This document shows positions 26,024 to 35,358 of a stretch of DNA of 53,596 nucleotides, in pieces. Source of the DNA: a virus. Its lineage: Duplodnaviria; Caudoviricetes. Location of the stretch: the IMG/VR virus record IMGVR_UViG_3300025030_000023, positions 1-53,596 of that record. One strand, given 5' to 3'. The notes under the pieces are model-generated. The model ran no database searches and was not told where the DNA came from. It saw nothing but the letters and a program-made list of their open reading frames with translations. Each line of letters begins with the position of its first letter. Within the stretch, counting starts at the first letter, position 1. The position numbers and the translations under genes were made by a program.

Positions 26024-26158
26024 ATGGACATAACGGAAGAGTTTGCAGAGTGGGCCAAGAGGAAAGGGCTGACCGCACCCTCCGATGAAGAGGACGCCTA
26101 TTACATCCTATGGGCGCAGTTTCTTGATGAAGAGTATAACGACCAGCACAATTGGTAG
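26024..26158 (+). CDS. Small acidic protein (44 aa) flanked by 14-bp direct repeats
   Basis: MDITEEFAEWAKRKG...; GGTAGAGCATAAGG at 26008 and 26154. Confidence 0.5.
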   Translation: MDITEEFAEWAKRKGLTAPSDEEDAYYILWAQFLDEEYNDQHNW

Positions 26159-26198
26159 AGCATAAGGGGAGAGGGATGGCGAAGAAGGAGGGAACCAC

Positions 26199-26525
26199 AT
26201 GAACCTATCAGACCGCACCATTAACCCCCTCACCACTCTCCGCGCTGTTTTTCAGCAGCAGGAGAACGCCGCCCTCACCTACTCCATCGACTACACCGCC
26301 ATGCTCAACGGCGATGCTATTACCGAGTCAACGTGGACATGCAGGGACGCTATCACCATTACCCCCTCGCTCAGCGGCCAGGTGGCAAGCGCGACTATCA
26401 GCGGCAAAGCGGGGTGCTACAACATCGTCAACAGGATTACCACGGCAAGCGGCATGGTGGATGAACGGCTGATAGTGCTGAAGGTCCGGCAGAACGACGA
26501 AGGGGCGCAGGGGGATTACCAGTAA
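26199..26525 (+). CDS. Small beta-rich virion/adaptor-like protein
   Basis: YSIDYTAML.GDAITESTW...ATISGKAG..YNIVNRITT. Confidence 0.6.
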   Translation: MNLSDRTINPLTTLRAVFQQQENAALTYSIDYTAMLNGDAITESTWTCRDAITITPSLSGQVASATISGKAGCYNIVNRITTASGMVDERLIVLKVRQNDEGAQGDYQ

Positions 26526-27118
26526 TGGCAGGAGGGAAGAAAGACGCCACAATAGAAGAGAAGCCGCTCACTGAAAAAGAAGAGTGGCTTTGTCGTGAGT
26601 TCGTGTCTGATGCAGGGGAAAACCAGACTCGTGCATACATGCGGGTTTTCCCTAGTTGCGCCTATGATTCAGCAAGAACCTTGGCAGCACGTATGTTTGC
26701 AGATGTTCGCATAAGTCAAAGAATTGACGAACTGAGAGTGGAACGCACCAAGCGGCTGGAAATTACAGCAGACCGCGTGATGATGGAGCTTGCCAAGCTT
26801 GCATTTTACGACCCACGGGGGTTTTTTGACGATGATGGACGGCTGAAACCCATCAACGAGATTGATGCTGACCAAGCGGCGGTAATTGGTGGCATCGAGA
26901 CTATTCATAAGGTCGTTGGTGAAGAATCGGATGGGATAACCGTGCTCACCAAAATCAAGCTACCGGAGAAGAAGGGGGCGCTTGAACTGATAGGCCGCAA
27001 CCTCAACATGTGGAAAGAAGTAGGAAGCAAAGATAATCCTGTGACGGGGATAATGGAGCACAAACACGAACTCTCCGATGATATGCTGGCCGCGATAGCC
27101 TCCGGCGCAAATGGCTAA
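26525..27118 (+). CDS. terS: Terminase small subunit
   Basis: LTEKEEWLCREF...AY...ITADRVMMELAKLAF...KGALELIGR; precedes TerL. Confidence 0.88.
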   Translation: MAGGKKDATIEEKPLTEKEEWLCREFVSDAGENQTRAYMRVFPSCAYDSARTLAARMFADVRISQRIDELRVERTKRLEITADRVMMELAKLAFYDPRGFFDDDGRLKPINEIDADQAAVIGGIETIHKVVGEESDGITVLTKIKLPEKKGALELIGRNLNMWKEVGSKDNPVTGIMEHKHELSDDMLAAIASGANG

Positions 27119-28658
27119 CCTCTCCCCCCAAGAAGCAGCGCGTGAACTCCTCCGCCGCCGCCTCGCCCGTAAAAGTCTCATTGGCTTTGCCAACTCCATA
27201 GAGATCCCCGGCGCTCCTGTTTCGGAAGACCCCGAAGAGTGGATGTTTTCGCCCATTGAAACTACCGTGGCAAAGCATCATGAGATTATCATGACTACGC
27301 TTGACGAGGTTGTGGTCGGGACCGTCAAAAGAGTGATGTTTTTCCTCCCTCCTGGCAGCGCCAAATCGACCTACGCCTCAGTTGTATTCCCCTCGTACTT
27401 TCTTGGCAAAGTTCCAGGTAGCAAGATAATTGCTACTTCCTACGGCTCTGACCTCGCCAAACGTATGGGCCGTAAAGCGAGACAGGTTACCCGCAGCAAG
27501 TCGTATGGCCCGATATTCTCTGCGACCCTCAGCACAGAAACTAGCGCCGCCGACGAATGGGCGCTGTCAAACACCAGTGAGTATCAAGCGGGGGGCATCC
27601 TTTCCGGTATCACAGGCTCAAGGGCGCACGGCATCATTATTGATGACCCTATTAGGGGGAGAGCTGACGCTGACTCAGAAATCATCCGAAATCGCACATG
27701 GGTAGCTTATCAAGATGACCTTTTAACCCGCCTCATTCCTGGCGGGTGGCAAGTGATCATCCAAACCCGATGGCATGAAGATGACCTAGCTGGCCGCATC
27801 CTTCCCAAAGAATGGAGCGGCGAATCCGGCGACATAGTATGCAGGGACGGCGAGACGTGGCGAGTCGTCTGCATCCAGGCGCAATGCGAACGGGCAGACG
27901 ATCCTGTCGGCAGGAAAATAGGCGAGTACCTTTGGCCGGGATGGTTTAGCGAGAAACACTTTGCACAGTTCAAGCGAGTGCCAAGGACGTGGAACGCTCT
28001 TTACCAGCAGATACCAGCGTCAGAAGAGGGCGACTACTTCCGCACCGAGTGCTGCCAGTGGTATGAGACTCGCCCCAAACACCTACGCATTTACGGTGCA
28101 TCCGACTATGCTGTGACGGACGGCGGCGGTGACTGGACGGAACACGGCATCTTTGGCGTAGACCCGAACGACGACCTCTACATCCTCGATTGGTGGTACG
28201 GCCAGACAACATCTGACGTGTGGATAGAGGAAAAGCTTGACCTCGTGCAGCGACACAAGCCGATAGCGTGGTATGGCGAAGCTGGCCCGATCCGCCGCGC
28301 TGTGGAGCCTACACTGTTGAGGCGAAGCAGGGAAAGGCGGGTGTACTGTGATTTCCAATGGCTCGCATCCATAAGTGATAAGCCGACCAGGGCAAGGGGC
28401 TTTCAATCCCGTTGGGCCATGAAGAAGGTCTACCTTCCCGCCAATGCCGCTAACTCTCCGTGGGCGGCTCGGCTCCTGCGCCAGTTATCCCGCTTTCCGG
28501 CAGGGGCAGAGGATGACGGCGTTGACGTTTGCTCGCTTATCGGCAGGGCGCTAGATAACATTTTCGGAGCCAGTGCGCCGACATCGGAGCAGAAACGGCA
28601 ACAGGATTACTACCCCCCCGAAGATGAGGATGATGGGGACGGGTGGAAAACGGCGTAA
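27111..28658 (+). CDS. terL: Terminase large subunit
   Basis: PPGSAKS, IIIDDP, QTRWHEDDLAG, ALYQQ, FPAGAEDDGVD. Confidence 0.95.
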   Translation: MANLSPQEAARELLRRRLARKSLIGFANSIEIPGAPVSEDPEEWMFSPIETTVAKHHEIIMTTLDEVVVGTVKRVMFFLPPGSAKSTYASVVFPSYFLGKVPGSKIIATSYGSDLAKRMGRKARQVTRSKSYGPIFSATLSTETSAADEWALSNTSEYQAGGILSGITGSRAHGIIIDDPIRGRADADSEIIRNRTWVAYQDDLLTRLIPGGWQVIIQTRWHEDDLAGRILPKEWSGESGDIVCRDGETWRVVCIQAQCERADDPVGRKIGEYLWPGWFSEKHFAQFKRVPRTWNALYQQIPASEEGDYFRTECCQWYETRPKHLRIYGASDYAVTDGGGDWTEHGIFGVDPNDDLYILDWWYGQTTSDVWIEEKLDLVQRHKPIAWYGEAGPIRRAVEPTLLRRSRERRVYCDFQWLASISDKPTRARGFQSRWAMKKVYLPANAANSPWAARLLRQLSRFPAGAEDDGVDVCSLIGRALDNIFGASAPTSEQKRQQDYYPPEDEDDGDGWKTA

Positions 28659-28735
28659 CTTCCCCCTTGCGCTGGCACATTAGGTGTGATACTTTAACAC
28701 CTAATTGAGATACCACGGCGTAAGGGGCGATTTGC

Positions 28736-29479
28736 ATGAAAGAATTGGTAGAGGTCCAGCGCGGGGAAGTATATTGCGATAGCCAAATGGTGGCTGATAA
28801 GTTTGGCTATCAACACGTCCATGTGATGAGGGTTATCAGGAGGCTGATAGATGAGTACGGCAAACTTGAGGTGTGTCAATCCGCACACCTAAACTTTGTG
28901 GAAACTGAGCGGGAATGGCACGGCCAAAGGTTCAAAAGATTCATGATGGACCGCCGCGCTTTTTCCTTGTTGGCAATGCGGTTCCAAGGGGCCAAAGCTC
29001 TTGAGTGGCAGGTTAAGTTCAACGATGCGTTTTACCTCATGGAAAAGACGCTGCTTGTTGAACAGACAAACAAGGGCAACGCCTCATGGGTTACCCAGAG
29101 AGAACAAGGCAAACTTGCTAGGAAGGAAGCTACTGACACTATCAGCGAGTTTGTGGAGTATGCCAAGAACCAAGGGAGCCATAACGCTCAGTTCTACTAC
29201 AAGCATGTGACCGTGGCATGTTACAAATGTCTTCAACTGGTCCAGTCGGAAAAGCCCAAACTGCGCGATACCCTGGATATCATGGAGTTGAACCAACTAG
29301 CCCTTGCTGAACACCTCGCAGAAAAATCACTCAAGAAACACATGGCAAGCGGCGAACACTACAAGGCCATTTTCTCATTGGTCAAAGCCGACCTCGAACG
29401 GTTCGCAGAAGGTCTGATGATTGAACGGCCCAAACTGGCAGGGAAGAAAGAGGCACGGCGAGAGAAGGAGGCGGGGTGA
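28736..29479 (+). CDS. rha: Rha family regulatory protein 2
   Basis: DSQMVADKFG..HVHVMR...MDRRAFSLLAMRFQG; shares a C-terminal domain with 4770-5486. Confidence 0.88.
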   Translation: MKELVEVQRGEVYCDSQMVADKFGYQHVHVMRVIRRLIDEYGKLEVCQSAHLNFVETEREWHGQRFKRFMMDRRAFSLLAMRFQGAKALEWQVKFNDAFYLMEKTLLVEQTNKGNASWVTQREQGKLARKEATDTISEFVEYAKNQGSHNAQFYYKHVTVACYKCLQLVQSEKPKLRDTLDIMELNQLALAEHLAEKSLKKHMASGEHYKAIFSLVKADLERFAEGLMIERPKLAGKKEARREKEAG

Positions 29480-29712
29480 TGGCTCGCTACTGTGAATGTG
29501 GCCTCCCCCTCATTCAGAAACCCCGCGAGAGTGCCGCCGACTTCGCGTCCCGCCGCTATTGCGACTCTGCGCACCGATACCGATATTTTCGCCCATGTCC
29601 AGCTAGCAAGAACTTTGGCATGGAGCGCACCAAGCCAGAGGGACGGCAGAGAACGGGGCAGGGGCTGTTGCATTACCTTTACAGTAGGCCGCTGCCACAG
29701 GTGGCGAGATAG
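29476..29712 (+). CDS. Small Zn-finger protein
   Basis: CECG...RRYCDSAH. Confidence 0.5.
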   Translation: MMARYCECGLPLIQKPRESAADFASRRYCDSAHRYRYFRPCPASKNFGMERTKPEGRQRTGQGLLHYLYSRPLPQVAR

Positions 29713-29722
29713 GGAGGGTAAA

Positions 29723-29914
29723 ATGGGAAGTTATGAACTGATATTGGCACTGTACAACGCCATATTGAAAGCGGACGCACTCAGCGCGGTCGGCGTGGCG
29801 GAAGGTCTTGACGCCGATCGCAAAGTTTTGAAGAAAGGTCAGGAAAGCGCCGAAGCTCCGTACAACAGGTGGAAGTTTGGAGAAGGCTTCAAATTCCCGT
29901 GGGAGGCCCAATGA
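29723..29914 (+). CDS. Hypothetical protein
   Basis: GGAGGG RBS. Confidence 0.5.
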   Translation: MGSYELILALYNAILKADALSAVGVAEGLDADRKVLKKGQESAEAPYNRWKFGEGFKFPWEAQ

Positions 29915-30132
29915 GAAAGCCTAGATACCTGAGCGCGAGGAACAAAGCTAACAAAGAAAAAGCCGAGGAGATAATGCGCAGGCTTGCCTTGGAAGACGAA
30001 CGTGGGAAGAAACACGGGCTTGGGCCTAGATTGATCACACCCGAAGAGTGCGAAAAATACTTGTATCCATTGGGCCTAGGGAGAAAGCTAAATGCTAAGA
30101 TCATGGCAGGCAGAATAAAAACTCTTGACTAA
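29911..30132 (+). CDS. Hypothetical basic protein
   Basis: GGAGG RBS; ATGA coupling. Confidence 0.5.
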   Translation: MRKPRYLSARNKANKEKAEEIMRRLALEDERGKKHGLGPRLITPEECEKYLYPLGLGRKLNAKIMAGRIKTLD

Positions 30133-30220
30133 TTAAAGAATCCGTGTTTTTATCCTCATGAACCCTCCCCTAGCCATTTTTAGCAGCGTTGGCGTGCTTC
30201 GCTCAAGCGAAGGAATCTAA

Positions 30221-32089
30221 ATGGCCGAAAAAGCCGCAATTACCCTCACCCAAGTTATCCAGTATTTCGAGGAAGCCGAGGAACTCTCCTACGACTCCCG
30301 CACGTCTGCTGAAAAATGTCGAGATTATTACGACCACGACCAGTGGACGGAATCCGAGAAAGCCGCACTCCGCAAGCGCAAGCAACCCGCCGTTACCCGC
30401 AACAGAATCAAGCCCAAGGTCGATTTCCTCAAAGGGATGGAAACACAGACCCGCACCGATCCCAAGGCTTTCCCCCGCACCCCCGGTGACGATGACGCAG
30501 CAAGCGCGGCCACCGATGCCATCCGCTTTGTCTGCGATCAAGCCAAATTTACCGATACCAAATCCGGATGCTTTGAAAACCTCACCATAGAGGGGGTTTG
30601 CGGCGTTGAGGTATATGCTAAGCCAGGGCGTGGCAAGGATATTGACGTTTGCATCCGCCGCTTTCAGTGGGACCGCCTCTTTTGGGACCCGCACAGCCGC
30701 GAAAAGGATTTCTCCGATGCTCGCTATCGTGGCGGCGTTATCTGGATGGATTTTGAGGAAGCCGTAGACCGCTACCCAAGCAAGCGCGAAGCCCTTTCCA
30801 ATACCCTTTCTAAAGAAGGGTCCATGTCTAGCACCTACGATGACACCCCCCGCCTGCGTTGGGCCGATGACAAGCGCAAGCGCGTTCGCATCGTCAAGGT
30901 GGAGTTCAAACGTGGGGAAGAAGTTTACACCTGTGAGTTTACCAAGGGCGGAATCCTCTCCGACCCCGAACCGTCACCCTACGTTGACGAGAACGGCGTC
31001 CCTGATTGGTCGATTCTCCTTTACTCAGCCCATGTAAAACGCAATGGCGACCGTTACGGGTGGGTGCAGGCATGGCTCGACTTGCAGGACGAGATCAACA
31101 AGAGGGCATCCAAGGGGCTGCACCTCGCATCCGTTCGGCAGACGTTCGGCACCAAGGGCTCAGTATCGGACGTGAACAAGGCGAAGCGTGAGCTTGCCAA
31201 GCCGGATGGCCACCTTGAAGTTGAAATGGGGGAATTCGGCAAGGATTTCGGAATTCTGCCCACTGGCGACCTTGCAGCGGCTCAGTTCAGCATGTTGCAG
31301 GAGGCAAAACAGGAGATTGACTCGGTAGGCGTCAACGCGGCTCTCTCAGGCTCCGACCAGCGCGGGTTGAGCGGCAAGGCAATAGGCAGGTTGCAGCAGG
31401 GAGGATCGACAGAGATAAAGCCCCTCCTTGATTGTCTCGCATCGTTCAACAACGCCGTCTATCGCGCAGTATGGAACCGAATCAAACAGTTCTGGACCGC
31501 TGAGAAATGGATACGTGTTACCGACGATGAGAACAACCTGAAATGGGTAGGCTTGAATCAGCCTGTCACTCTCGGCCAGCAGTTGCAGGATGAAATGGGC
31601 GAACTGCCCCCTGAGTTCGCTGGTGACCCCAGGCTAAACGAGGTTGTAGAGGTCAAGAACGAAGTCACCCGGATTGACGTCGACATCATCATTGATGAAG
31701 TGCCGGATACCATCACCGTTATGCAGGAGCAGTTCGACGCTCTCACCGCTATATTCCCCGCCATCCCCGACATGCAGAAACCGGCCATGCTGGAAATGCT
31801 CATTGAATCGTCCTCGCTTCGCAACAAGAGCAAAATCCTTGAGCGGCTGAAGGGTGGCGATCAGCAAGACCCCGCAGCGCAGCAGGCACAAGCCGCGCAG
31901 GAATCCCAAATGCAGCAGATGCAAGCGCAGATGGACCAGATGACCGCCAATCTAGAGAAAACACAGAGCGAGACGGAGAAGAACCGCGCAGCCTCGCTGA
32001 AGAGCATGGCCGAAGCGGAGAGCCTAGTCAATCAACCGCAAATGACCGAGCAACAGATGATGTTAGCCGGGCAGATGGAGGGCATGTGA
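30221..32089 (+). CDS. Portal protein (P22-like)
   Basis: DYYDHDQW...RKQPAVTRNRIKPKVD, WDPHSREKDFSDARY, QDEINKR, Q-rich C-terminal barrel. Confidence 0.92.
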   Translation: MAEKAAITLTQVIQYFEEAEELSYDSRTSAEKCRDYYDHDQWTESEKAALRKRKQPAVTRNRIKPKVDFLKGMETQTRTDPKAFPRTPGDDDAASAATDAIRFVCDQAKFTDTKSGCFENLTIEGVCGVEVYAKPGRGKDIDVCIRRFQWDRLFWDPHSREKDFSDARYRGGVIWMDFEEAVDRYPSKREALSNTLSKEGSMSSTYDDTPRLRWADDKRKRVRIVKVEFKRGEEVYTCEFTKGGILSDPEPSPYVDENGVPDWSILLYSAHVKRNGDRYGWVQAWLDLQDEINKRASKGLHLASVRQTFGTKGSVSDVNKAKRELAKPDGHLEVEMGEFGKDFGILPTGDLAAAQFSMLQEAKQEIDSVGVNAALSGSDQRGLSGKAIGRLQQGGSTEIKPLLDCLASFNNAVYRAVWNRIKQFWTAEKWIRVTDDENNLKWVGLNQPVTLGQQLQDEMGELPPEFAGDPRLNEVVEVKNEVTRIDVDIIIDEVPDTITVMQEQFDALTAIFPAIPDMQKPAMLEMLIESSSLRNKSKILERLKGGDQQDPAAQQAQAAQESQMQQMQAQMDQMTANLEKTQSETEKNRAASLKSMAEAESLVNQPQMTEQQMMLAGQMEGM

Positions 32090-32349
32090 AGAAGAAAGCA
32101 ACCCCGATGAAGAGTATCTTGGGACCGCCCAGGGGTAAACCCGCCGCGAAGAAAGCAGCACCGGCCAAGAAGACAGCCAGCAAGGGCAACATGGCGATGC
32201 CGGTCGGCTATTCCGACCCCAAGACAGTACGTATTACCAAAGCGGAGAACGGCCTGACCGTCTCTTGCTACGGGCCAAAAGGCGAAGAGTTACGCGTCGC
32301 CAAAAGTGACGCCGAAGCCATGCGCCATGCTAAAGACATGCTGAAGTAA
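32086..32349 (+). CDS. Small Lys/Ala/Pro-rich basic protein
   Basis: KPAAKKAAPAKKTASK. Confidence 0.65.
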   Translation: MKKKATPMKSILGPPRGKPAAKKAAPAKKTASKGNMAMPVGYSDPKTVRITKAENGLTVSCYGPKGEELRVAKSDAEAMRHAKDMLK

Positions 32350-32377
32350 CACCTTCCCCCATAAAAGGAGATCCACC

Positions 32378-32755
32378 ATGAAAAGCTTTACTGTAGCACT
32401 CACCCTCTGCGCCATGCTGTTCGTATCCGCTGTCGCCTTCGCTGGCAACATCCACAAGGACGGCAACGGCGCGGCAATGCAGGTATTCACCCCCCTGCGT
32501 AACACCACCGTAACGCAGACCAAGGCCGACGTAACCTACACTCCCACCGCTGGGACCAAGGTAGTCAGGGTACAGCCGAATGCCGCCGTCACCTACAAGA
32601 TCAACGGGACCGGCGCAGCCTATCCCATCGCTTCCGGCGCGAATGAGGGTCCGTTTGGTATCGGCACCCGTATCGGCGCAGGCGTCAAGGTGTCTACCAT
32701 CGTTTTCGGCGGGGCCAGCTCCGCGACGAAGACGATCTACATTCAGGAGCAGTAA
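32378..32755 (+). CDS. Signal-peptide-bearing beta-rich protein
   Basis: MKSFTVALTLCAMLFVSAVAFA|GN; AAGGAG RBS. Confidence 0.75.
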   Translation: MKSFTVALTLCAMLFVSAVAFAGNIHKDGNGAAMQVFTPLRNTTVTQTKADVTYTPTAGTKVVRVQPNAAVTYKINGTGAAYPIASGANEGPFGIGTRIGAGVKVSTIVFGGASSATKTIYIQEQ

Positions 32756-32895
32756 TGACCGTCGAGCAAGAGCAGAGAGAAATCAGAGAAGCCTTCCGCC
32801 AGGACTTCGACCACTTCAAAAGATCGGCTTGCAAGTTGCCGTTCTGGAAGCGGCTGGGATTCTGCTGGAAGATCATGCACCGCGACCCCAAGTAG
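32755..32895 (+). CDS. Small hypothetical protein
   Basis: TAATG coupling; 46 aa. Confidence 0.45.
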   Translation: MTVEQEQREIREAFRQDFDHFKRSACKLPFWKRLGFCWKIMHRDPK

Positions 32896-32900
32896 GTTGC

Positions 32901-32962
32901 AGCCCGTCTTCGGGGCCAATCGGAAGCTAATACAAGAGCCGTCTTCGGGCTATATCGGAAGC
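32901..32962 (+). promoter_or_regulatory. Tandem hairpin/pseudoknot repeat in the scaffold leader
   Basis: AGCC(C)GTCTTCGGG(G)C..ATCGGAAGC twice, just before the RBS. Confidence 0.55.
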
Positions 32963-32976
32963 GTAAGGAGAAGCAA

Positions 32977-33777
32977 ATGGAAGACATGGACAACATTCTC
33001 AACCCGACTATGCCGGATAGGGAGTCTGAAACTGTTCACGAAGAATCACCCCGTGAAGAGACGGAAACCGAAGGCGCGGGAAACGAAGAATCCGGACAGC
33101 ATGAAACGGGCGGGAAAGCGTCTCAGGTCGCCGCTGAGAAGGAAGAGAATCAGGAAGAGGCCAAACCCAACGCTACCGCCGAGGCCGTCCGCGCAGAACT
33201 CGCCGCACTGACCAAGGAACGCGAACGGTTGCGCCAGAAGACCGCCGAACTTGACGCTGAAAGGGAACGCCTCAAACATCCGGTAAAGGAAGAGGAAAAG
33301 CCCGACTTTTGGGAAGACCCCGAAGCGCAACTATCGGCACTTGAACAGCGCATGGAACAAAAGCTGGTTGCCGAGCGGCTGAACATCTCCGAGACCTATG
33401 CACGTGGGAAATACGCCGACTTCCAGGAAAAGCTCGACGTGTTCGCGGGGATGATCCAGGAAAGCCCCGAACTGCACCAGCGGATGCTCCGCGACCCGAA
33501 CCCTGCTGAATTTGCCTACCAGACTGCCACCAATAAGCAGAAAATGGCGAAGTTTCAGGAATTAGGCGACCCCGAAGAGTACCGCGCCAAACTTCGTGAC
33601 GAACTGAAAGCCGAAATCCTTGCAGACCTGAAAAAGGAAGAGGCCGAGAAGGTCGAAGCCAAGATCAGGGAAAAGCTCAAGGGTGGCGGGTTCAGCGAGC
33701 AGCGCAGCGTCGGCAATGAACGAACGACAACCAAGACTTTCAACGGGCCAACGCCGATGGGTAAAATCCTCGGCTAG
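32977..33777 (+). CDS. Capsid scaffolding protein
   Basis: Acidic coiled coil, PDFWEDPEA, PNPAEFAY; directly before the capsid gene. Confidence 0.8.
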   Translation: MEDMDNILNPTMPDRESETVHEESPREETETEGAGNEESGQHETGGKASQVAAEKEENQEEAKPNATAEAVRAELAALTKERERLRQKTAELDAERERLKHPVKEEEKPDFWEDPEAQLSALEQRMEQKLVAERLNISETYARGKYADFQEKLDVFAGMIQESPELHQRMLRDPNPAEFAYQTATNKQKMAKFQELGDPEEYRAKLRDELKAEILADLKKEEAEKVEAKIREKLKGGGFSEQRSVGNERTTTKTFNGPTPMGKILG

Positions 33778-33830
33778 ACCAGCGAGAGTCGCAACCCTTT
33801 GCGGGATAATTACCCGCCAGGAGATACACA

Positions 33831-34997
33831 ATGAAACGTCTGCAAGCTTTCCTGAAAGGTTTTTTCAACTTTCACGCGATTGTAAGATCTCCACTCTGTG
33901 TTCTGTTTGGCACCGAGACCACCGCCGCCGAACGTGTCACCCAATGGGAAGACACCTTCTTTTCCGAGTACGTCCGCTCCAACCGCTATAAGCGGTACAT
34001 GGGAACGGATGAAAACGCCATCATCCAGATCAAAGAAAACCTGACCAAGACGCAGGGCGATGCTATCACCATCAATCTTGTGGGCGCTCTCGACGCTTCC
34101 GCTGGCCCGAATACCGGAACATCCGCCCTTGTCGGCTTCGAGAAGGCGCTCCCCAACGACGGCCACAAGATCACCGTTGGCGTGGTCCGCGATGCCGTCA
34201 CCGTCAACGGCATGGAAGAGCAGGCAAGCCCCATCGACATCCGTAACGCTGGTAAGGTCGCGCTGAAAGACCTCTCCATGCGCTACCTGCGTAACGGCAT
34301 CAACGACGCGCTGCACAGCATCAACGGCGTGGTCTACGCTTCAGCGAACGCCGCCGCCCGTAACACGTGGCTGGTAGACAACGCCGACCGCGTTCTCTTC
34401 GGCGGCTCCACGGCCAACAATCTCGCCAACGTCCACGCCGATTCCCTCGCCACCATCAACGACACCGACGATAAACTGACCGGCGATGTGGTGTCTCTGG
34501 CAAAGCGAATGGCGCAGACCGCCACCACCGCCAACGGTGACGGCATCCGCCCCTTCACCTACGGCGAGGATAACGAGACCTTCGTGATGTTCGTTCCGGC
34601 CCTTGCTTTCCGCGACCTCCGCAAATGGATGGTAGCGAATGGCCACTGGGACACCGCAATGGAGCGCAGCAAGGAAAACCCGCTGTACTCCGGTCCTACC
34701 TCCATCGAGTGGGACGGCGTAATCGTAAGGGAAATGCCGGAACTGCCGGTGCTGTCGGCGGTAGGCGCGGAAGGAATCAACGTGGCTCCCTGCTTCCTTT
34801 GCGGAGCGCAGGCTCTCGGCATCGCATGGGCCAAGCGGACCAAGACCACCATCAAGAAAGAGGACGATTACGAGTTCTCCCACGGTGTTGGCTTCATGGA
34901 AATCCGTGGCATCAACAAGATCCAGTGGGGCCAGGGCGGAGACGCCGTTGACTGGGCGGTCCTCACCTTGTACGTCAGTGCCGTTGCGGACGCCTGA
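33831..34997 (+). CDS. Major capsid protein (DUF4043/N4-gp56-like)
   Basis: IQIKENLTKTQGDAITINLV, LVGFEKAL, NPLYSG..IEWDGVIVRE, LCGAQAL, EDDY. Confidence 0.9.
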   Translation: MKRLQAFLKGFFNFHAIVRSPLCVLFGTETTAAERVTQWEDTFFSEYVRSNRYKRYMGTDENAIIQIKENLTKTQGDAITINLVGALDASAGPNTGTSALVGFEKALPNDGHKITVGVVRDAVTVNGMEEQASPIDIRNAGKVALKDLSMRYLRNGINDALHSINGVVYASANAAARNTWLVDNADRVLFGGSTANNLANVHADSLATINDTDDKLTGDVVSLAKRMAQTATTANGDGIRPFTYGEDNETFVMFVPALAFRDLRKWMVANGHWDTAMERSKENPLYSGPTSIEWDGVIVREMPELPVLSAVGAEGINVAPCFLCGAQALGIAWAKRTKTTIKKEDDYEFSHGVGFMEIRGINKIQWGQGGDAVDWAVLTLYVSAVADA

Positions 34998-35006
34998 TAG
35001 ACCAAA

Positions 35007-35039
35007 GCGGGGTAGGGGCGACTCTACCCCGCAGCTTTA
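35007..35039 (+). terminator. Hairpin terminator after the capsid gene
   Basis: GCGGGGTAG/CTACCCCGC; short T-run. Confidence 0.6.
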
Positions 35040-35049
35040 AGGGGATAAT

Positions 35050-35349
35050 ATGAAATTCAGATACATCGGTGACAGCGACAGTATGAGGGCTTACGGGTAC
35101 GACTTCCGCAACGGCAACGAGCCGGATGTGACGGACGCCACCGCGATCAAGCGGCTGAGCGGCAACCGTTACTTTGAGGCTTTGCCCGAAGAGGAAGACA
35201 CAAAGCAGCCCGATACTCCGTTTGTTGCCGATGTTATCGCAGAAGCACAGATGTCAATAGTTGAGGGCGCACCGGCTTTGCCCCAGATCGTAGCAGTACC
35301 GGCCAGAAAGAAGCCCGGCAGGAAGCCCAAAACAGCAGCAACCGAGTAA
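35050..35349 (+). CDS. Hypothetical virion-associated protein
   Basis: MKFRYIG...KRLSGNRYFE; basic tail. Confidence 0.7.
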   Translation: MKFRYIGDSDSMRAYGYDFRNGNEPDVTDATAIKRLSGNRYFEALPEEEDTKQPDTPFVADVIAEAQMSIVEGAPALPQIVAVPARKKPGRKPKTAATE

Positions 35350-35358
35350 GGAGCCGCC

